DNA of 64,000 nucleotides from Bacteriovoracaceae bacterium (GCA_048270185.1 JBLWTJ010000001.1:672001-736000); one strand, 5' to 3'; shown: positions 1-10,101, counted from the stretch's first letter. The notes: generated by a model not told the origin, from the letters alone. Program-made: numbers and translations.

Positions 1-530
1 TATTCATTTGGCCCGTAAACATTAAAGAATTTTAGTCCAAACCAATGACTGGGCTTACTTTCTTGCTTTAGAACCCACTCATCAAATAATTGCTTTGAGT
101 ATCCATAAGGATTTAATGGGCGAAGCTTTCCAATTTCCTCTTCATTATCTTCATAGCCTAACTCTCCATCACCGTATGTTGCGGCCGATGAAGCGTAGAT
201 AAAAGGAATGTCCAGATCACAGGCAAGTTCGAAGTAATACTTTGAATGGGCAACATTGTTGACCATGAGATAGTCCATATCCATCTCTGTAGTGGAAGAG
301 CATGCTCCCATATGATAGATCTTAGTAATAGCACCGTGAACTTCTCGAAAGCTCTCATCAAAGAATTCATCAGCGTGAAAATATTCGGCATATTTTAAAT
401 TTCTAAGATTTTTCCACTTATCCTTGTGATCAAAGCGATCAATGATAATAATATCTTCGCGTCCTAAGGCATTTAATTTTGCGACAAGGACACTTCCAAT
501 AAAGCCTGCACCACCAGTGACGAGAATCAT
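1..530 (-). CDS. rfaD: ADP-L-glycero-D-manno-heptose-6-epimerase, truncated by the window edge
   Basis: Not in the ORF track; translated by hand from ATG at 530: MILVTGGAGFIGSVLVAKLN...KWKNL...HMGACSSTTE...YASSAATYG...LNPYGYSKQLFD...GLKFFNVYGPNE. These are characteristic RfaD/HldD extended-SDR motifs. ATGA overlap with the upstream gene's stop. Confidence 0.93.
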   Translation of the reverse strand, partial: MILVTGGAGFIGSVLVAKLNALGREDIIIIDRFDHKDKWKNLRNLKYAEYFHADEFFDESFREVHGAITKIYHMGACSSTTEMDMDYLMVNNVAHSKYYFELACDLDIPFIYASSAATYGDGELGYEDNEEEIGKLRPLNPYGYSKQLFDEWVLKQESKPSHWFGLKFFNVYGPNE

Positions 531-1042
531 GCCTCACCTTCTTCTTTTGTATTTAATTTACTCAAGTGAGTGAGTGAGATTCCACACATGGTAAGAAGAG
601 CGATTAACTTGAAACTATCAAGACGAACGTATGTCTTGTGGTAGCTTCTTAATTGTTCATCAAAGATTTGATATTCTTCATCTGTTTCAATGTAGTTAGA
701 TTTTGAAATATTGGCCTCTTTAATTCCAGGGGATAATTTAAAAGTATAAATAACGGCCAAGATCAAGGTCGCAAGAGAGAGAACTTTTACAATCTTAGAA
801 GCAATGGACTTATTGCGATAAAGTAGAGCAAGAATAATGAGGAAACAGGCCAGGATTAATTCGATCACATTAAATGATGTGAAGATGATTCCACCAAGAG
901 TTCCTGCTTCTTTTAAAGAGCTTACATTACGAAAGATATTTGGAGCGGCAATGAAGTCGATGAAAATCGTGGCAAAGAACCAGCTCATTGAAACGGCCAA
1001 AATAAGACTAAGAGTGACGTGTTTTTTTAAAATTGATTTCAT
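527..1042 (-). CDS. DUF4149/TMEM205-like four-helix membrane protein
   Basis: Four hydrophobic segments; FIAAPNIF...AGTLGGIIF and a late 'YHKTYVRL' pattern resemble DUF4149. Confidence 0.6.
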   Translation of the reverse strand: MKSILKKHVTLSLILAVSMSWFFATIFIDFIAAPNIFRNVSSLKEAGTLGGIIFTSFNVIELILACFLIILALLYRNKSIASKIVKVLSLATLILAVIYTFKLSPGIKEANISKSNYIETDEEYQIFDEQLRSYHKTYVRLDSFKLIALLTMCGISLTHLSKLNTKEEGEA

Positions 1043-1058
1043 GTAGAAATCATACCGA

Positions 1059-1796
1059 CTATTTCATGTGATGACGAGCAAGATATGGGTGCACAATTAA
1101 TGCGACGGCCCAAATTCCGGCCTCAAACAAGCAAACCAATGGAACCCATAATCCCATCATAGTGATGACATCAGGTGGCGTTAGCATGGCCGAGACAATG
1201 GCAAAGGCCACATAGACATAGCGGCGCATATTTGAAAGTGATTGTTTTGTCACAATCCCCATAAAGCCAAGGATCAGCATTACATTGGGAAGTTGAAAGA
1301 TAAGACCTAAAAAGACTAGTACTTTACTAGAGAGAACAAGATAGTCTTTAAGTCCAATCGTTGCCTCTACGTTCTGCACCCCAAAACCAAGCAGTGTTTC
1401 AAAAGTTAATGGGAAGACAACGAAATAGCCAAATGCCACACCTAGAGCAAAAAGAAATAGTCCAATAACAATAAAGGGACGCACGGCCTTCTTTTCATGG
1501 TCATAAAGCCCTGGTGAAATAAATTTCCAGACTTGGTAAAACCACAGAGGACATGACAAAATCACACTTGAATAAAATGATACCTGGAATTGTGAGAGGA
1601 CTTTATCGAGAAGGCCTAAGTAGACAACCTTTCCCCCATCACTTCCAAGGGCCATGCGAAGTGGCCTTAATAAGATTTCTTGAATTTGGTCACCTAGGCC
1701 GTAGCAGACGATAAATGAGACCAAGATTATCACAAACACCTTAATAAGCGCTGTGCGTAATTCCTCTAAATGGTCAATCAAACCCATCTCTTTCAA
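1059..1796 (-). CDS. tatC: twin-arginine translocase subunit TatC
   Basis: HLEELR, YQVWKFISPGLYDHEK, FQLP, LTPPDVITM motifs; six TM segments. Confidence 0.97.
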   Translation of the reverse strand: MKEMGLIDHLEELRTALIKVFVIILVSFIVCYGLGDQIQEILLRPLRMALGSDGGKVVYLGLLDKVLSQFQVSFYSSVILSCPLWFYQVWKFISPGLYDHEKKAVRPFIVIGLFLFALGVAFGYFVVFPLTFETLLGFGVQNVEATIGLKDYLVLSSKVLVFLGLIFQLPNVMLILGFMGIVTKQSLSNMRRYVYVAFAIVSAMLTPPDVITMMGLWVPLVCLFEAGIWAVALIVHPYLARHHMK

Positions 1797-1870
1797 AACT
1801 TACCCTAGTTTTCCATCTGTACTTCAAGTAAAATAATATTAATACTAAATATTTAACATAGTTAGAGCAA

Positions 1871-2452
1871 ATGAAGTACCCATTAATTCTTATTACATTA
1901 ATTTTTTTATTCAGTCTTAACACTCAAGCTAAGACGATTCTGCTATGCCTTGGGCAAGAAGAAAGCTTCTATGCGAAAAAGCACGACACGGGTCCTCGCT
2001 ATCATCTTAATCAAATAATGATTAATGAGATCTCAGCTATTGGTAATCCTGAGTTTACAGGCAAAAAATATAAGAAGTATTGTTCACATCCAGACAAAAT
2101 GCCTTCACTTCAAATTCTTAAGGCCCTAACTATTGGCAATGAGAAATTATTCAAATTCAAAACAGAAGATACAAGTGCTATGAGTCTTCAATATACAATG
2201 GTGACTTATGATGAGTTTAGACTCAAATCCATTAAGATCTTAATTGATTACTTGGCCAAATTACAAATGAATGCAAAGAGTGCAGATTGCTTAACAAATA
2301 ATATCAAGGGCCTTTCTGACTTCTATGCACGTTTTCGCTATCTTGAAGGCGAAGTCAACTTTCAAAGCTTAAAAGGTTCCAAGACAGAACTTGAGACAAT
2401 CTATAATTCTCTTGAAAATATTGAGAGTATTTATAAAAAGTGTAAGAAATAA
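1871..2452 (+). CDS. hypothetical secreted protein
   Basis: 193-aa ORF with signal peptide (..LNTQA/K) and four Cys. Confidence 0.7.
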   Translation: MKYPLILITLIFLFSLNTQAKTILLCLGQEESFYAKKHDTGPRYHLNQIMINEISAIGNPEFTGKKYKKYCSHPDKMPSLQILKALTIGNEKLFKFKTEDTSAMSLQYTMVTYDEFRLKSIKILIDYLAKLQMNAKSADCLTNNIKGLSDFYARFRYLEGEVNFQSLKGSKTELETIYNSLENIESIYKKCKK

Positions 2453-2462
2453 CAGCTGAGAA

Positions 2463-3149
2463 TTAAATAAAGAAAACTTTTACGTTTGAATCTGCATCAT
2501 TAACAAAAGTTAGAAACTTCTTAGCTTCATCACTCGCTTCATCAGCAATTATGTAGAGATGATCTCCAATTAAAGCTTCGATTGTGATATTTCCTAATTG
2601 TTCAGCTAATGGAAAGAGGTCTTCTTTTAAAAATTGCCATGGCCTCTTTCCTGCCACAGTTTCCTTCTTATAGGAATTAAAAGTCACAGCAGGAATTGTC
2701 GTTTGTGTACTTTTACTTTTAAGCATTGGCCTAATATCAACAATACAACTTCCACAACCTCCACCGGCCTTAGAAATATTGGTAATCGTTAGAAGATCAC
2801 TAGCACCATTATCAATGAGGTCTTTAACACTGGCACGTGAAACACCAAAGCAGCGACATAATAGATTATCGGTATCGATGACTAGACCTTGATTTGGATA
2901 GAAGTAATTAAGTACTCCCTTAAAAAGAGTGAATAATTCAATTTGATCTAAAGTCTTATCATTGAACTTGGATTCAAGATATTCAACTAATGGAAGCTTT
3001 GTAGCTAAGGCATCATTAAGAACAGTATTTATCGTGGAGTCACTTGATTCCACATAGTATTCTTTAAGCACATTAAACTTATTAAAGCGCATCTGAATGC
3101 GACAAGGGTGACTAAGAGTTAAATCAGGAGCGATAAGAGATTGAGTCAC
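2463..3149 (-). CDS. BFD-like [2Fe-2S]-binding protein with a degenerate NifU-like layout
   Basis: LCRCFGVS...AGGGCGSC is the BFD-type 2Fe-2S motif; flanking regions lack the NifU catalytic Cys residues. Confidence 0.7.
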   Translation of the reverse strand: MTQSLIAPDLTLSHPCRIQMRFNKFNVLKEYYVESSDSTINTVLNDALATKLPLVEYLESKFNDKTLDQIELFTLFKGVLNYFYPNQGLVIDTDNLLCRCFGVSRASVKDLIDNGASDLLTITNISKAGGGCGSCIVDIRPMLKSKSTQTTIPAVTFNSYKKETVAGKRPWQFLKEDLFPLAEQLGNITIEALIGDHLYIIADEASDEAKKFLTFVNDADSNVKVFFI

Positions 3150-3151
3150 AA

Positions 3152-3919
3152 TTAAGGATGAACCTCATCACTTCTTAGTGTCAGAATTTCAAAAGCATCA
3201 TCTGTTACAAGAATAGTGTGTTCAAATTGTGCCGACCACTTCTTATCTTTTGTAAGAACGGTCCAACCATCTTTTAGAACTTTGCAATCTTTTGTTCCAA
3301 GATTGATCATTGGCTCAATTGTAAAAGTCATACCAGGCTTCATCTCGGCGCCCTTACCTCTTTTCCCAACGTGAACGACTTGTGGATCTTCGTGGAACTC
3401 ACGACCGATACCGTGACCACAATAATCTTCAACAATTCCATATCCGTGATCGTGAGCGATCTCCATAATGGCCGCACCGATGTCTCCGATGTGTCCACCA
3501 GGGCGAACTTGCTTAATCCCTTCCATCATACATTGGTAAGTTACATCAACAAGCTTCTTAACTTCATCACTTACATTACCCACAAGAAAAGTCTTGTTAG
3601 TATCACCATGGAATTTATTAAGGTATGTCGTCACATCAATATTTAGAATATCACCATCTTTTAGAACATCTTTTGTACTTGGAATCCCATGGCAAACAAC
3701 TTCATTAAGAGAAGTACATACTGATTTTGGAAATCCGTGGTAATTAAGTGGTGATGGATAAGCTCCATTCTTTACAATATAGTCATGACATAATTTATTG
3801 AGCTCTTCAGTGCTAACGCCTGGCTTAACAAATGGCCCAATATACTCAAGAGTCGAAGCCGCAAGCCTTGAAGTCGCACGCATTAATTCGATTTCACGTT
3901 TTGATTTTATTGAGATCAT
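3152..3919 (-). CDS. map: type I methionine aminopeptidase
   Basis: FPKSVCTSLNEVVCHGIP, FHGDT, YCGHGIG..FHEDP, FTIEPM, SAQFEHT. Confidence 0.98.
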   Translation of the reverse strand: MISIKSKREIELMRATSRLAASTLEYIGPFVKPGVSTEELNKLCHDYIVKNGAYPSPLNYHGFPKSVCTSLNEVVCHGIPSTKDVLKDGDILNIDVTTYLNKFHGDTNKTFLVGNVSDEVKKLVDVTYQCMMEGIKQVRPGGHIGDIGAAIMEIAHDHGYGIVEDYCGHGIGREFHEDPQVVHVGKRGKGAEMKPGMTFTIEPMINLGTKDCKVLKDGWTVLTKDKKWSAQFEHTILVTDDAFEILTLRSDEVHP

Positions 3920-4073
3920 ATCTTATCCTTATTCTAAGTACTTAAATATTCATACCTTTTAACATATTTGGGCCCACTAAAAAATAGACAAATTGAAAAT
4001 ATTACAATTTCCATGCTTCTAAACCCTTAAAATGGTATGATAAATGAAAATAATCATCAATCGGACCCATATT

Positions 4074-5732
4074 ATGAAAGTAAGAACGAAAATTTTAAGC
4101 CTATTCCTTTGTCTCATCCTTGGCCTCAATGTCATGGCCACGCAAGATGATGCTCGTTCAAAACTCTTCATTCTTAAGTCAATTGATGACAATATCAATG
4201 CCCTTACCTTTGATAAGATTGGTGAAAAATACGATCCTGAATTTAATAACTTTGATAAATTTAGCGTCATCATGGACCATACAGCGCAGCTAGAAAAAGT
4301 AGCGACTACCTTTGCATCAGAGTTAAATGAGAAAGAAAAGAATGAACTTCCAATTAAAGGCGAAGACCTTGCGATCATGAGGGCCCTAATGAGATCAATG
4401 ATTCTCATTATGGAAAAAACGAGTATCTTCACGAATATTTACAAGAAGGCGAAAACAAGACAAATAAAAATGAGCTCAGAAGAGCTTGATGCACAAAAAG
4501 AAATTGCATCACTTTTGGCCAAGCTAAATTATTTAAAAGCTTATAAGGCCGCCTATCATGCTTTTTATAAAAGTAGCCGTACAAAGAGAATGGCAAAAGA
4601 AGTTGCAAGGGTCATTGAGAACGACAAGGACAAAGAAATTCTTAAACAATTTACTAAAATTGCTCGACATGATGACTTTCAAGAGTCTCTCCAAAGAGAA
4701 GCAAAACAATTCCTTGAGTTTAGAAATTACTACCTGCAACTTTTAAAACCAATGGTGACAACAGGAGTTGTTCAAGTTGAAAAATTTGATCTTAGAAAAA
4801 ATGTAATTGATAAAGAAATACCTAAAATTAAAGTATCAGGTATTGGAGATTGGTTTGTTGAGATTTTCAGTAAGACAACAAACTTCATTTCAGGTCTTTT
4901 TGGAAACCTCGTTGGTAAACTTAGATTCCGTCACGGTTATATGAAAGATCATGAAGGAGCTCTTAAGTATCTTTATGGAACTCTTAAACCACTTGATATC
5001 ATTGCTGAGAAAACTCCATTTGCGGCCACTGACTTCTTTATTCCAGGACACTTTGGTCACATTGCAGTTTATATTGGAACTCAAGCACAATTAGAAGAAG
5101 CGGGTCTATGGAACCATCCATCAATTAAGAAAATCAAAAAAGATATTCAAGCAGGTAAAACAATTCTTGAGTCGATTAGACCAGGAAGCCGCATGGTTTC
5201 ACTTGAAGAATTCTTAGAAATTGATGAGATCACAATTATTCGTGAAACAAATATCTTAGATAATAAATGGCAGAAGGAACAAGTCCTTGCAACGGCAATC
5301 GAGCAATTGAATAAAGATTACGATTTCAATTTTGATGTTTCAACACTTAAGAAAGTTGTTTGTTCTGAAGTTCCATACCATGCCTTTGGTCATAAGAGAT
5401 GGACAACAAGTTATATCTTTGGACGCAATACGATCTCACCTGATGAGATTATTGAAAATGCTTATACAAGAGGATCTGGTATTGAATTTATTGCTTCAAT
5501 TCAGGCAACTAAAGACGGTAAACTAAAAGGTATCGATAAAGAAAAAATGGCAAAGAATCTAAGCTTTGACTTTGATAAAAAGAAGAACCTATTCACAAAA
5601 GAGACGAAAGAATGTCGACTCGTGAGAGTTGTTCAACATAGAAATAAAAATGATCACTATATTGGTAAAAAATACCGTTATTACAAGAAATGTAAGAAAG
5701 TCGACACACCGCTAATTTATAGCGCCCTATAG
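4074..5732 (+). CDS. secreted permuted NlpC/P60 (YiiX/YebB-like) papain-fold enzyme with a large N-terminal helical region
   Basis: LKPLDII...IPGHFGHIAVYIG...DYDFNF....VVCSEV (His before Cys, permuted order); signal peptide from Met at 4074 (ORF open from 4044). Confidence 0.8.
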   Translation: MKVRTKILSLFLCLILGLNVMATQDDARSKLFILKSIDDNINALTFDKIGEKYDPEFNNFDKFSVIMDHTAQLEKVATTFASELNEKEKNELPIKGEDLAIMRALMRSMILIMEKTSIFTNIYKKAKTRQIKMSSEELDAQKEIASLLAKLNYLKAYKAAYHAFYKSSRTKRMAKEVARVIENDKDKEILKQFTKIARHDDFQESLQREAKQFLEFRNYYLQLLKPMVTTGVVQVEKFDLRKNVIDKEIPKIKVSGIGDWFVEIFSKTTNFISGLFGNLVGKLRFRHGYMKDHEGALKYLYGTLKPLDIIAEKTPFAATDFFIPGHFGHIAVYIGTQAQLEEAGLWNHPSIKKIKKDIQAGKTILESIRPGSRMVSLEEFLEIDEITIIRETNILDNKWQKEQVLATAIEQLNKDYDFNFDVSTLKKVVCSEVPYHAFGHKRWTTSYIFGRNTISPDEIIENAYTRGSGIEFIASIQATKDGKLKGIDKEKMAKNLSFDFDKKKNLFTKETKECRLVRVVQHRNKNDHYIGKKYRYYKKCKKVDTPLIYSAL

Positions 5733-5764
5733 TAATTGAGGGAAAAAGTTGATAGATTAGAGGT

Positions 5765-6718
5765 ATGAACTACTATATCTATCGACCAGAAATATCGAGC
5801 TACCAAGGTGAAAGCTTCCGCTTAAAAGAGCGTAAGGCCCTTGATGAGCTGGGTGCTAAATACGTTGATACACCCATTGAGATTCCTGATGGTGCACAGG
5901 CCATTGTCATCTCTACCAGCTATACAAAGAATGAAGAAATTCTCGCATCTCTTTCACATGCACAAATTGCTCTTTGGATTCACCCTAATTCAGGCTATGA
6001 TAATTTCTCGTATGATTTCGTCAAGACAACACCATTTCCGATTGTATTAGGAAATGAAATTAGGGCCAATGCCGTTTCTCAATTCTATCTGCAATCCCTC
6101 CTCGATCACTTGGGGCGTATCCCGATAGTTAAAAATTGGGATAAGAAGAGACAATATAATCGCAATTTACTTGATGGAAAAAATATTCTAATTATTGGAC
6201 GAGGTCCAATTGGACAAAAGGTTGGAACTTGCCTTGAGAATTTTGATGCAAAAGTTAACTACTACGATCCATATCAAAATACCAAACAAAGCAAGAAAGA
6301 TCTCACTCAATGCTTAGAAAAAGCTCAAGTTCTTATCATGGCCTGCTCACTAAATAAGTCTTCATTTCACATGATTGATGAAGATGTTTTTAAAATTCTT
6401 CGTCCAGAGATTCTCATCATGAATGCAGCAAGAGGAAAGCTTATTAAACAAGAGGCCCTTCTTGAATTTTTAGAAAAGAATAGAGAGGCTCACGCTATTA
6501 TCGATGTATTCGAAAAAGAACCAATTGATTTTGAACAATTTAAAAAATACTCAAACCTAACAATGACTTCACATATCGCAGGTGTCTATCATGGCATCAA
6601 TAATAAAGTAATTAAATTTGAAAAAGAAGTGATTAGAAGCTTTCTACAAGATACTAAACTAGATAAATACCAACATCGCTTCTTAAGTAACCGTATCAAA
6701 GGCGACCTACTAATATGA
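5765..6718 (+). CDS. D-isomer-specific 2-hydroxyacid dehydrogenase family protein
   Basis: SGYDN, GRGPIG (NAD binding), NAARG, DVFEKEP, TSHIAG (Arg/Glu/His triad present). Confidence 0.88.
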   Translation: MNYYIYRPEISSYQGESFRLKERKALDELGAKYVDTPIEIPDGAQAIVISTSYTKNEEILASLSHAQIALWIHPNSGYDNFSYDFVKTTPFPIVLGNEIRANAVSQFYLQSLLDHLGRIPIVKNWDKKRQYNRNLLDGKNILIIGRGPIGQKVGTCLENFDAKVNYYDPYQNTKQSKKDLTQCLEKAQVLIMACSLNKSSFHMIDEDVFKILRPEILIMNAARGKLIKQEALLEFLEKNREAHAIIDVFEKEPIDFEQFKKYSNLTMTSHIAGVYHGINNKVIKFEKEVIRSFLQDTKLDKYQHRFLSNRIKGDLLI

Positions 6719-7812
6719 ATTCACAAGATAAATTAGAGCAATACCTATGTCCTGCTGGATATGGTGTCTTCACAGTCAACACAGCAAAAGAAAGAAAAGA
6801 AAAACTAACACAATTTCTCTATAAAACATCGCAAGACAATGAAGTCAGAAATGCGTGGGGTAAGAACTTAGACAAAATTGCAAGTGCAAAAGGCTGTGCT
6901 ATCTTAGGAATTGCCTCAGACTGTGGAGGTGGAATTCAAAGAGGTGCAAACTGGGGGCCTTTATTTCTTAGAAATACACTCATTGAAGATCATCTTGATA
7001 TATACAGTGAATGTCTTGATATAGGAGATATTCGTGTTATCCCTCACCTACTTCATGACAAGTACTTAAACGATGAAACAATTAAAAGTGCACAGAACGC
7101 ATTATATAACGGTAAGGATCTAAGTGTCTCACCATTAAGTATTGCGAAAGAAAGTGTTGATGAAGTTTTTAAAATTAACAATGACCTTAAACTTTTTAGT
7201 ATTGGTGGTGACCACTCCGTAAGCTTTCCACTAGTAAAAGCTTGGATTAATAATCGTAAATCCTTAGGAAAAAAAGTTGGGCTCATACATTTCGATGCCC
7301 ACACAGACCTGTTAAGAGAACGTCTTGGTATCGACTACTGCTTTGGTTCATGGCTTACTCACGTCTTAGATGATCTTGATTCTCCATCTCTGTGTTATCA
7401 ATTTGGAATTCGCTCCACAGGTAAGAGCAAAGAACACTGGGAAAGAGAATTTGGACTAAACCAATATTGGGCAAAAGATGTCAAAGAAATGGGAGCGCTT
7501 GAACTAGCACAAAAAACCTGTAAAGAACTTAAAGCACATGGAGTTGAAGAAATCTATATTAGCTTCGACATTGACGCTCTTGATGAGAGTGTTGCCGGTG
7601 CAACAGGGACTCCTGAACCAGATGGTATGATGCCACACGAATGTGCTATAATGATAAAAGAGTTCACAAAAGAATTCAACCTAACAGGTGCTGACATGGT
7701 TGAAATAGCTCCTCTTGTGGGACTTAGCGAGGAAGGCTCTAAGACAACACTTGAGGTTGGCGCGGCCATGAGCGCATTAATGATGGAGGCCATGATTAAT
7801 GGCAATAATTGA
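6715..7812 (+). CDS. arginase/agmatinase (ureohydrolase) family protein
   Basis: GGDHSV, HFDAHTD, SFDIDALD, TGTPEPDG metal-binding motifs. Confidence 0.92.
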   Translation: MNSQDKLEQYLCPAGYGVFTVNTAKERKEKLTQFLYKTSQDNEVRNAWGKNLDKIASAKGCAILGIASDCGGGIQRGANWGPLFLRNTLIEDHLDIYSECLDIGDIRVIPHLLHDKYLNDETIKSAQNALYNGKDLSVSPLSIAKESVDEVFKINNDLKLFSIGGDHSVSFPLVKAWINNRKSLGKKVGLIHFDAHTDLLRERLGIDYCFGSWLTHVLDDLDSPSLCYQFGIRSTGKSKEHWEREFGLNQYWAKDVKEMGALELAQKTCKELKAHGVEEIYISFDIDALDESVAGATGTPEPDGMMPHECAIMIKEFTKEFNLTGADMVEIAPLVGLSEEGSKTTLEVGAAMSALMMEAMINGNN

Positions 7813-8494
7813 ATTTCCACCTGTCGATATCGCTGATGAGCAAGGACTCCTTGCCATCGGTGGAGATCTGCACCACGACTCTCTCCTTTTGGCGTACAAA
7901 AGTGGGATCTTCCCTTGGCCAATTTCTGAAGAATATCCTCTTGCCTGGTTTTCACCTCCACTTCGTGGAATCATTAAACAAGAAAATATCTCTCTTTCAA
8001 AATCAACAAGAAAATTTTTAAAGAATTGTGATTGGAAAATAACGTTTAATAAAGACTTCTTTGCAATCATCACTCATTGCCAAGAAACCCATTTAAAATC
8101 ACAAGATGGAACTTGGATTACAGATGAAATTATCTCTGGCTATACAAATTTCTTCAACAAAGAAATGGCATATAGTGTGGAAGTGAGAGATGAGCAAAAT
8201 GAGATTATAGGCGGACTATACGGTGTTAATATTGGACATTTCCTAAGCGGTGAATCAATGTTCTACATGAAGCCTTATGCCTCAAAAGTAGCCTTACTGG
8301 CAGTCTTATCAATTGTAAAAAAGTTTGATATCCCATATCTAGACACTCAAATGGTGACACCAGTAACTGAAAGTTTTGGAGCAACTGAAATCAATCGAAT
8401 CGACTTTATAAATACATTAAAGGAGCTAATGAACAAAAGGCCTATTGATTTTCCCGAAGAAATGAAGGCACGTGACTTACTTTCTCTTTTTTAA
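7799..8494 (+). CDS. aat: leucyl/phenylalanyl-tRNA--protein transferase
   Basis: GLLAIGGDL, AYKSGIFPW, GTWIT, GGLYGV, GESMF, ASKVAL, DTQMVT. Confidence 0.96.
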   Translation: MAIIEFPPVDIADEQGLLAIGGDLHHDSLLLAYKSGIFPWPISEEYPLAWFSPPLRGIIKQENISLSKSTRKFLKNCDWKITFNKDFFAIITHCQETHLKSQDGTWITDEIISGYTNFFNKEMAYSVEVRDEQNEIIGGLYGVNIGHFLSGESMFYMKPYASKVALLAVLSIVKKFDIPYLDTQMVTPVTESFGATEINRIDFINTLKELMNKRPIDFPEEMKARDLLSLF

Positions 8495-8568
8495 TTTGAA
8501 ATACAAACCAATTCTTTTTAGAAAAGTACTAATTCTAAAGCGACGATTATAAATGACCTTTGGTAAAA

Positions 8569-10086
8569 TCATTTAATCACCTCCTCTTCATTAATCCCTA
8601 AAGCATTCCACTCACAAGCAATCTGAGCAAGAGAAAATCTTTTCAATCGATCTTTAAAATACTCAATATTAGTTAGAGATGGAGTAATATAATGGAAACG
8701 CTCTACTTTAGAATCATCATTTAAATAGCAAAGCACACTAAGCTCACCAGAAGAAACTTGTGTTGTTGCATAGAAGATACCTTTTAAACACTCTTCTCCA
8801 TTTTGTTTGAAGCGTTTTTTTATGACAGGATATTCTTCACATACTTTTATGATATTTGAATAATTATTACTAAGCTCCTGTAGACGAATAAGAATTATTT
8901 CATAAGTCGTTCCACGTAAACTTAGAAACTCCTTATTATTAAGGTCGCAATATTCATAAAAACTTTCAAATTTCTTTATATTATAGTGATGGCCAAGTGA
9001 TTGTAGAGGATATGACTTAAGTGAATAATTTAAAGCAGGTAGAGGGCCATTAAATGAGTCATCTAAACTTAAGAAGTAATCATTACCTTTAGCGATTTCA
9101 ATAATATGATTTATTTCATCTTGAAATTCATGAATGAGATCTCTAACTTGATAAATCCAAGAGCGATCTTCTTTTTCAAGTAGTGAAATAAACTCATCAT
9201 AATTTGAAATATTAGCTAAATTTAACTTTTTGACAATAGAACGATATTGCAAAGAAATAAATTGAGTAACTTCACTCATCCCAGCTTTCTTAAATATATT
9301 CTCAAGACACTTTAAATTTTCAAGTGCACTTAGAACTTCAAAAATAAACATTCGTTGAATATTTGCTTGAGGACTCTTTAGTTTTCCCTCTGTGTACTCT
9401 TTTAATTCAACACATAAAAGAGCACTCATATACTTTAGTGAGAAATCACTTTCTAGAAAGCTTCCTACAATATCATCAATCGACTTTCCTTCCTGATATT
9501 TTTCAAAACTTTTAGAACTACCAAGGTCAAATTCAAACTTTATATTCTCTATTAAATTAGCATTAACATCAAAGAGAATATTTGACTTAGAGTAAGGGCC
9601 CAAAAACTTTTTAATAGGAACAACCACTTCTTCGTGGCCTATTGAACAGTCTTTAAAATATGAAAGGCAAATATCTTTTGAATCAGTATCTTTTTCAAAA
9701 CTATACTTCGAAGAAGGATGGACAATTTCATGTTGGATTCGATCATCTTTATGGTAAAAGTGAACACCATAGTGGCGGTTTATTTCAGCTTCAAACCATG
9801 TCATGGCACTGTACAAGTGAGCAAAAGAAGTAATAGTTTGCCCATAACTTAAGGCTACACCATAGAACTCACGCTTATGAAGTGCCAAATTTTGGAATTG
9901 ATAAATAAGTAAGAATCTTGCATTTAATAGGTTATATTTTGACTTCAGATCATAGGCATTCATCAAATCAATACAGCTTAAACTTGTAAAGATGACTTCT
10001 TGACTATCAAAATAATCATATGCAAGCTCACTAAGACGTGATTTTGTGATTATCTGAATTTCATCCGTAATATTAAAAATATTCAT
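8569..10086 (-). CDS. highly divergent NADH-quinone oxidoreductase subunit C/D (NuoCD)-like fusion protein, probably inactive
   Basis: NuoC-like segments TSLSCID, RFLLIYQF, AMTWFEAEINRHYGVHF; NuoD-like segments LGP, FEKYQEGK, QANIQRMFIFEV, YEIILIRLQEL, SSGELSV..DDSKVERFHYITPS. Confidence 0.65.
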   Translation of the reverse strand: MNIFNITDEIQIITKSRLSELAYDYFDSQEVIFTSLSCIDLMNAYDLKSKYNLLNARFLLIYQFQNLALHKREFYGVALSYGQTITSFAHLYSAMTWFEAEINRHYGVHFYHKDDRIQHEIVHPSSKYSFEKDTDSKDICLSYFKDCSIGHEEVVVPIKKFLGPYSKSNILFDVNANLIENIKFEFDLGSSKSFEKYQEGKSIDDIVGSFLESDFSLKYMSALLCVELKEYTEGKLKSPQANIQRMFIFEVLSALENLKCLENIFKKAGMSEVTQFISLQYRSIVKKLNLANISNYDEFISLLEKEDRSWIYQVRDLIHEFQDEINHIIEIAKGNDYFLSLDDSFNGPLPALNYSLKSYPLQSLGHHYNIKKFESFYEYCDLNNKEFLSLRGTTYEIILIRLQELSNNYSNIIKVCEEYPVIKKRFKQNGEECLKGIFYATTQVSSGELSVLCYLNDDSKVERFHYITPSLTNIEYFKDRLKRFSLAQIACEWNALGINEEEVIK

Positions 10087-10101
10087 TTAAATAAAAACCT
10101 A

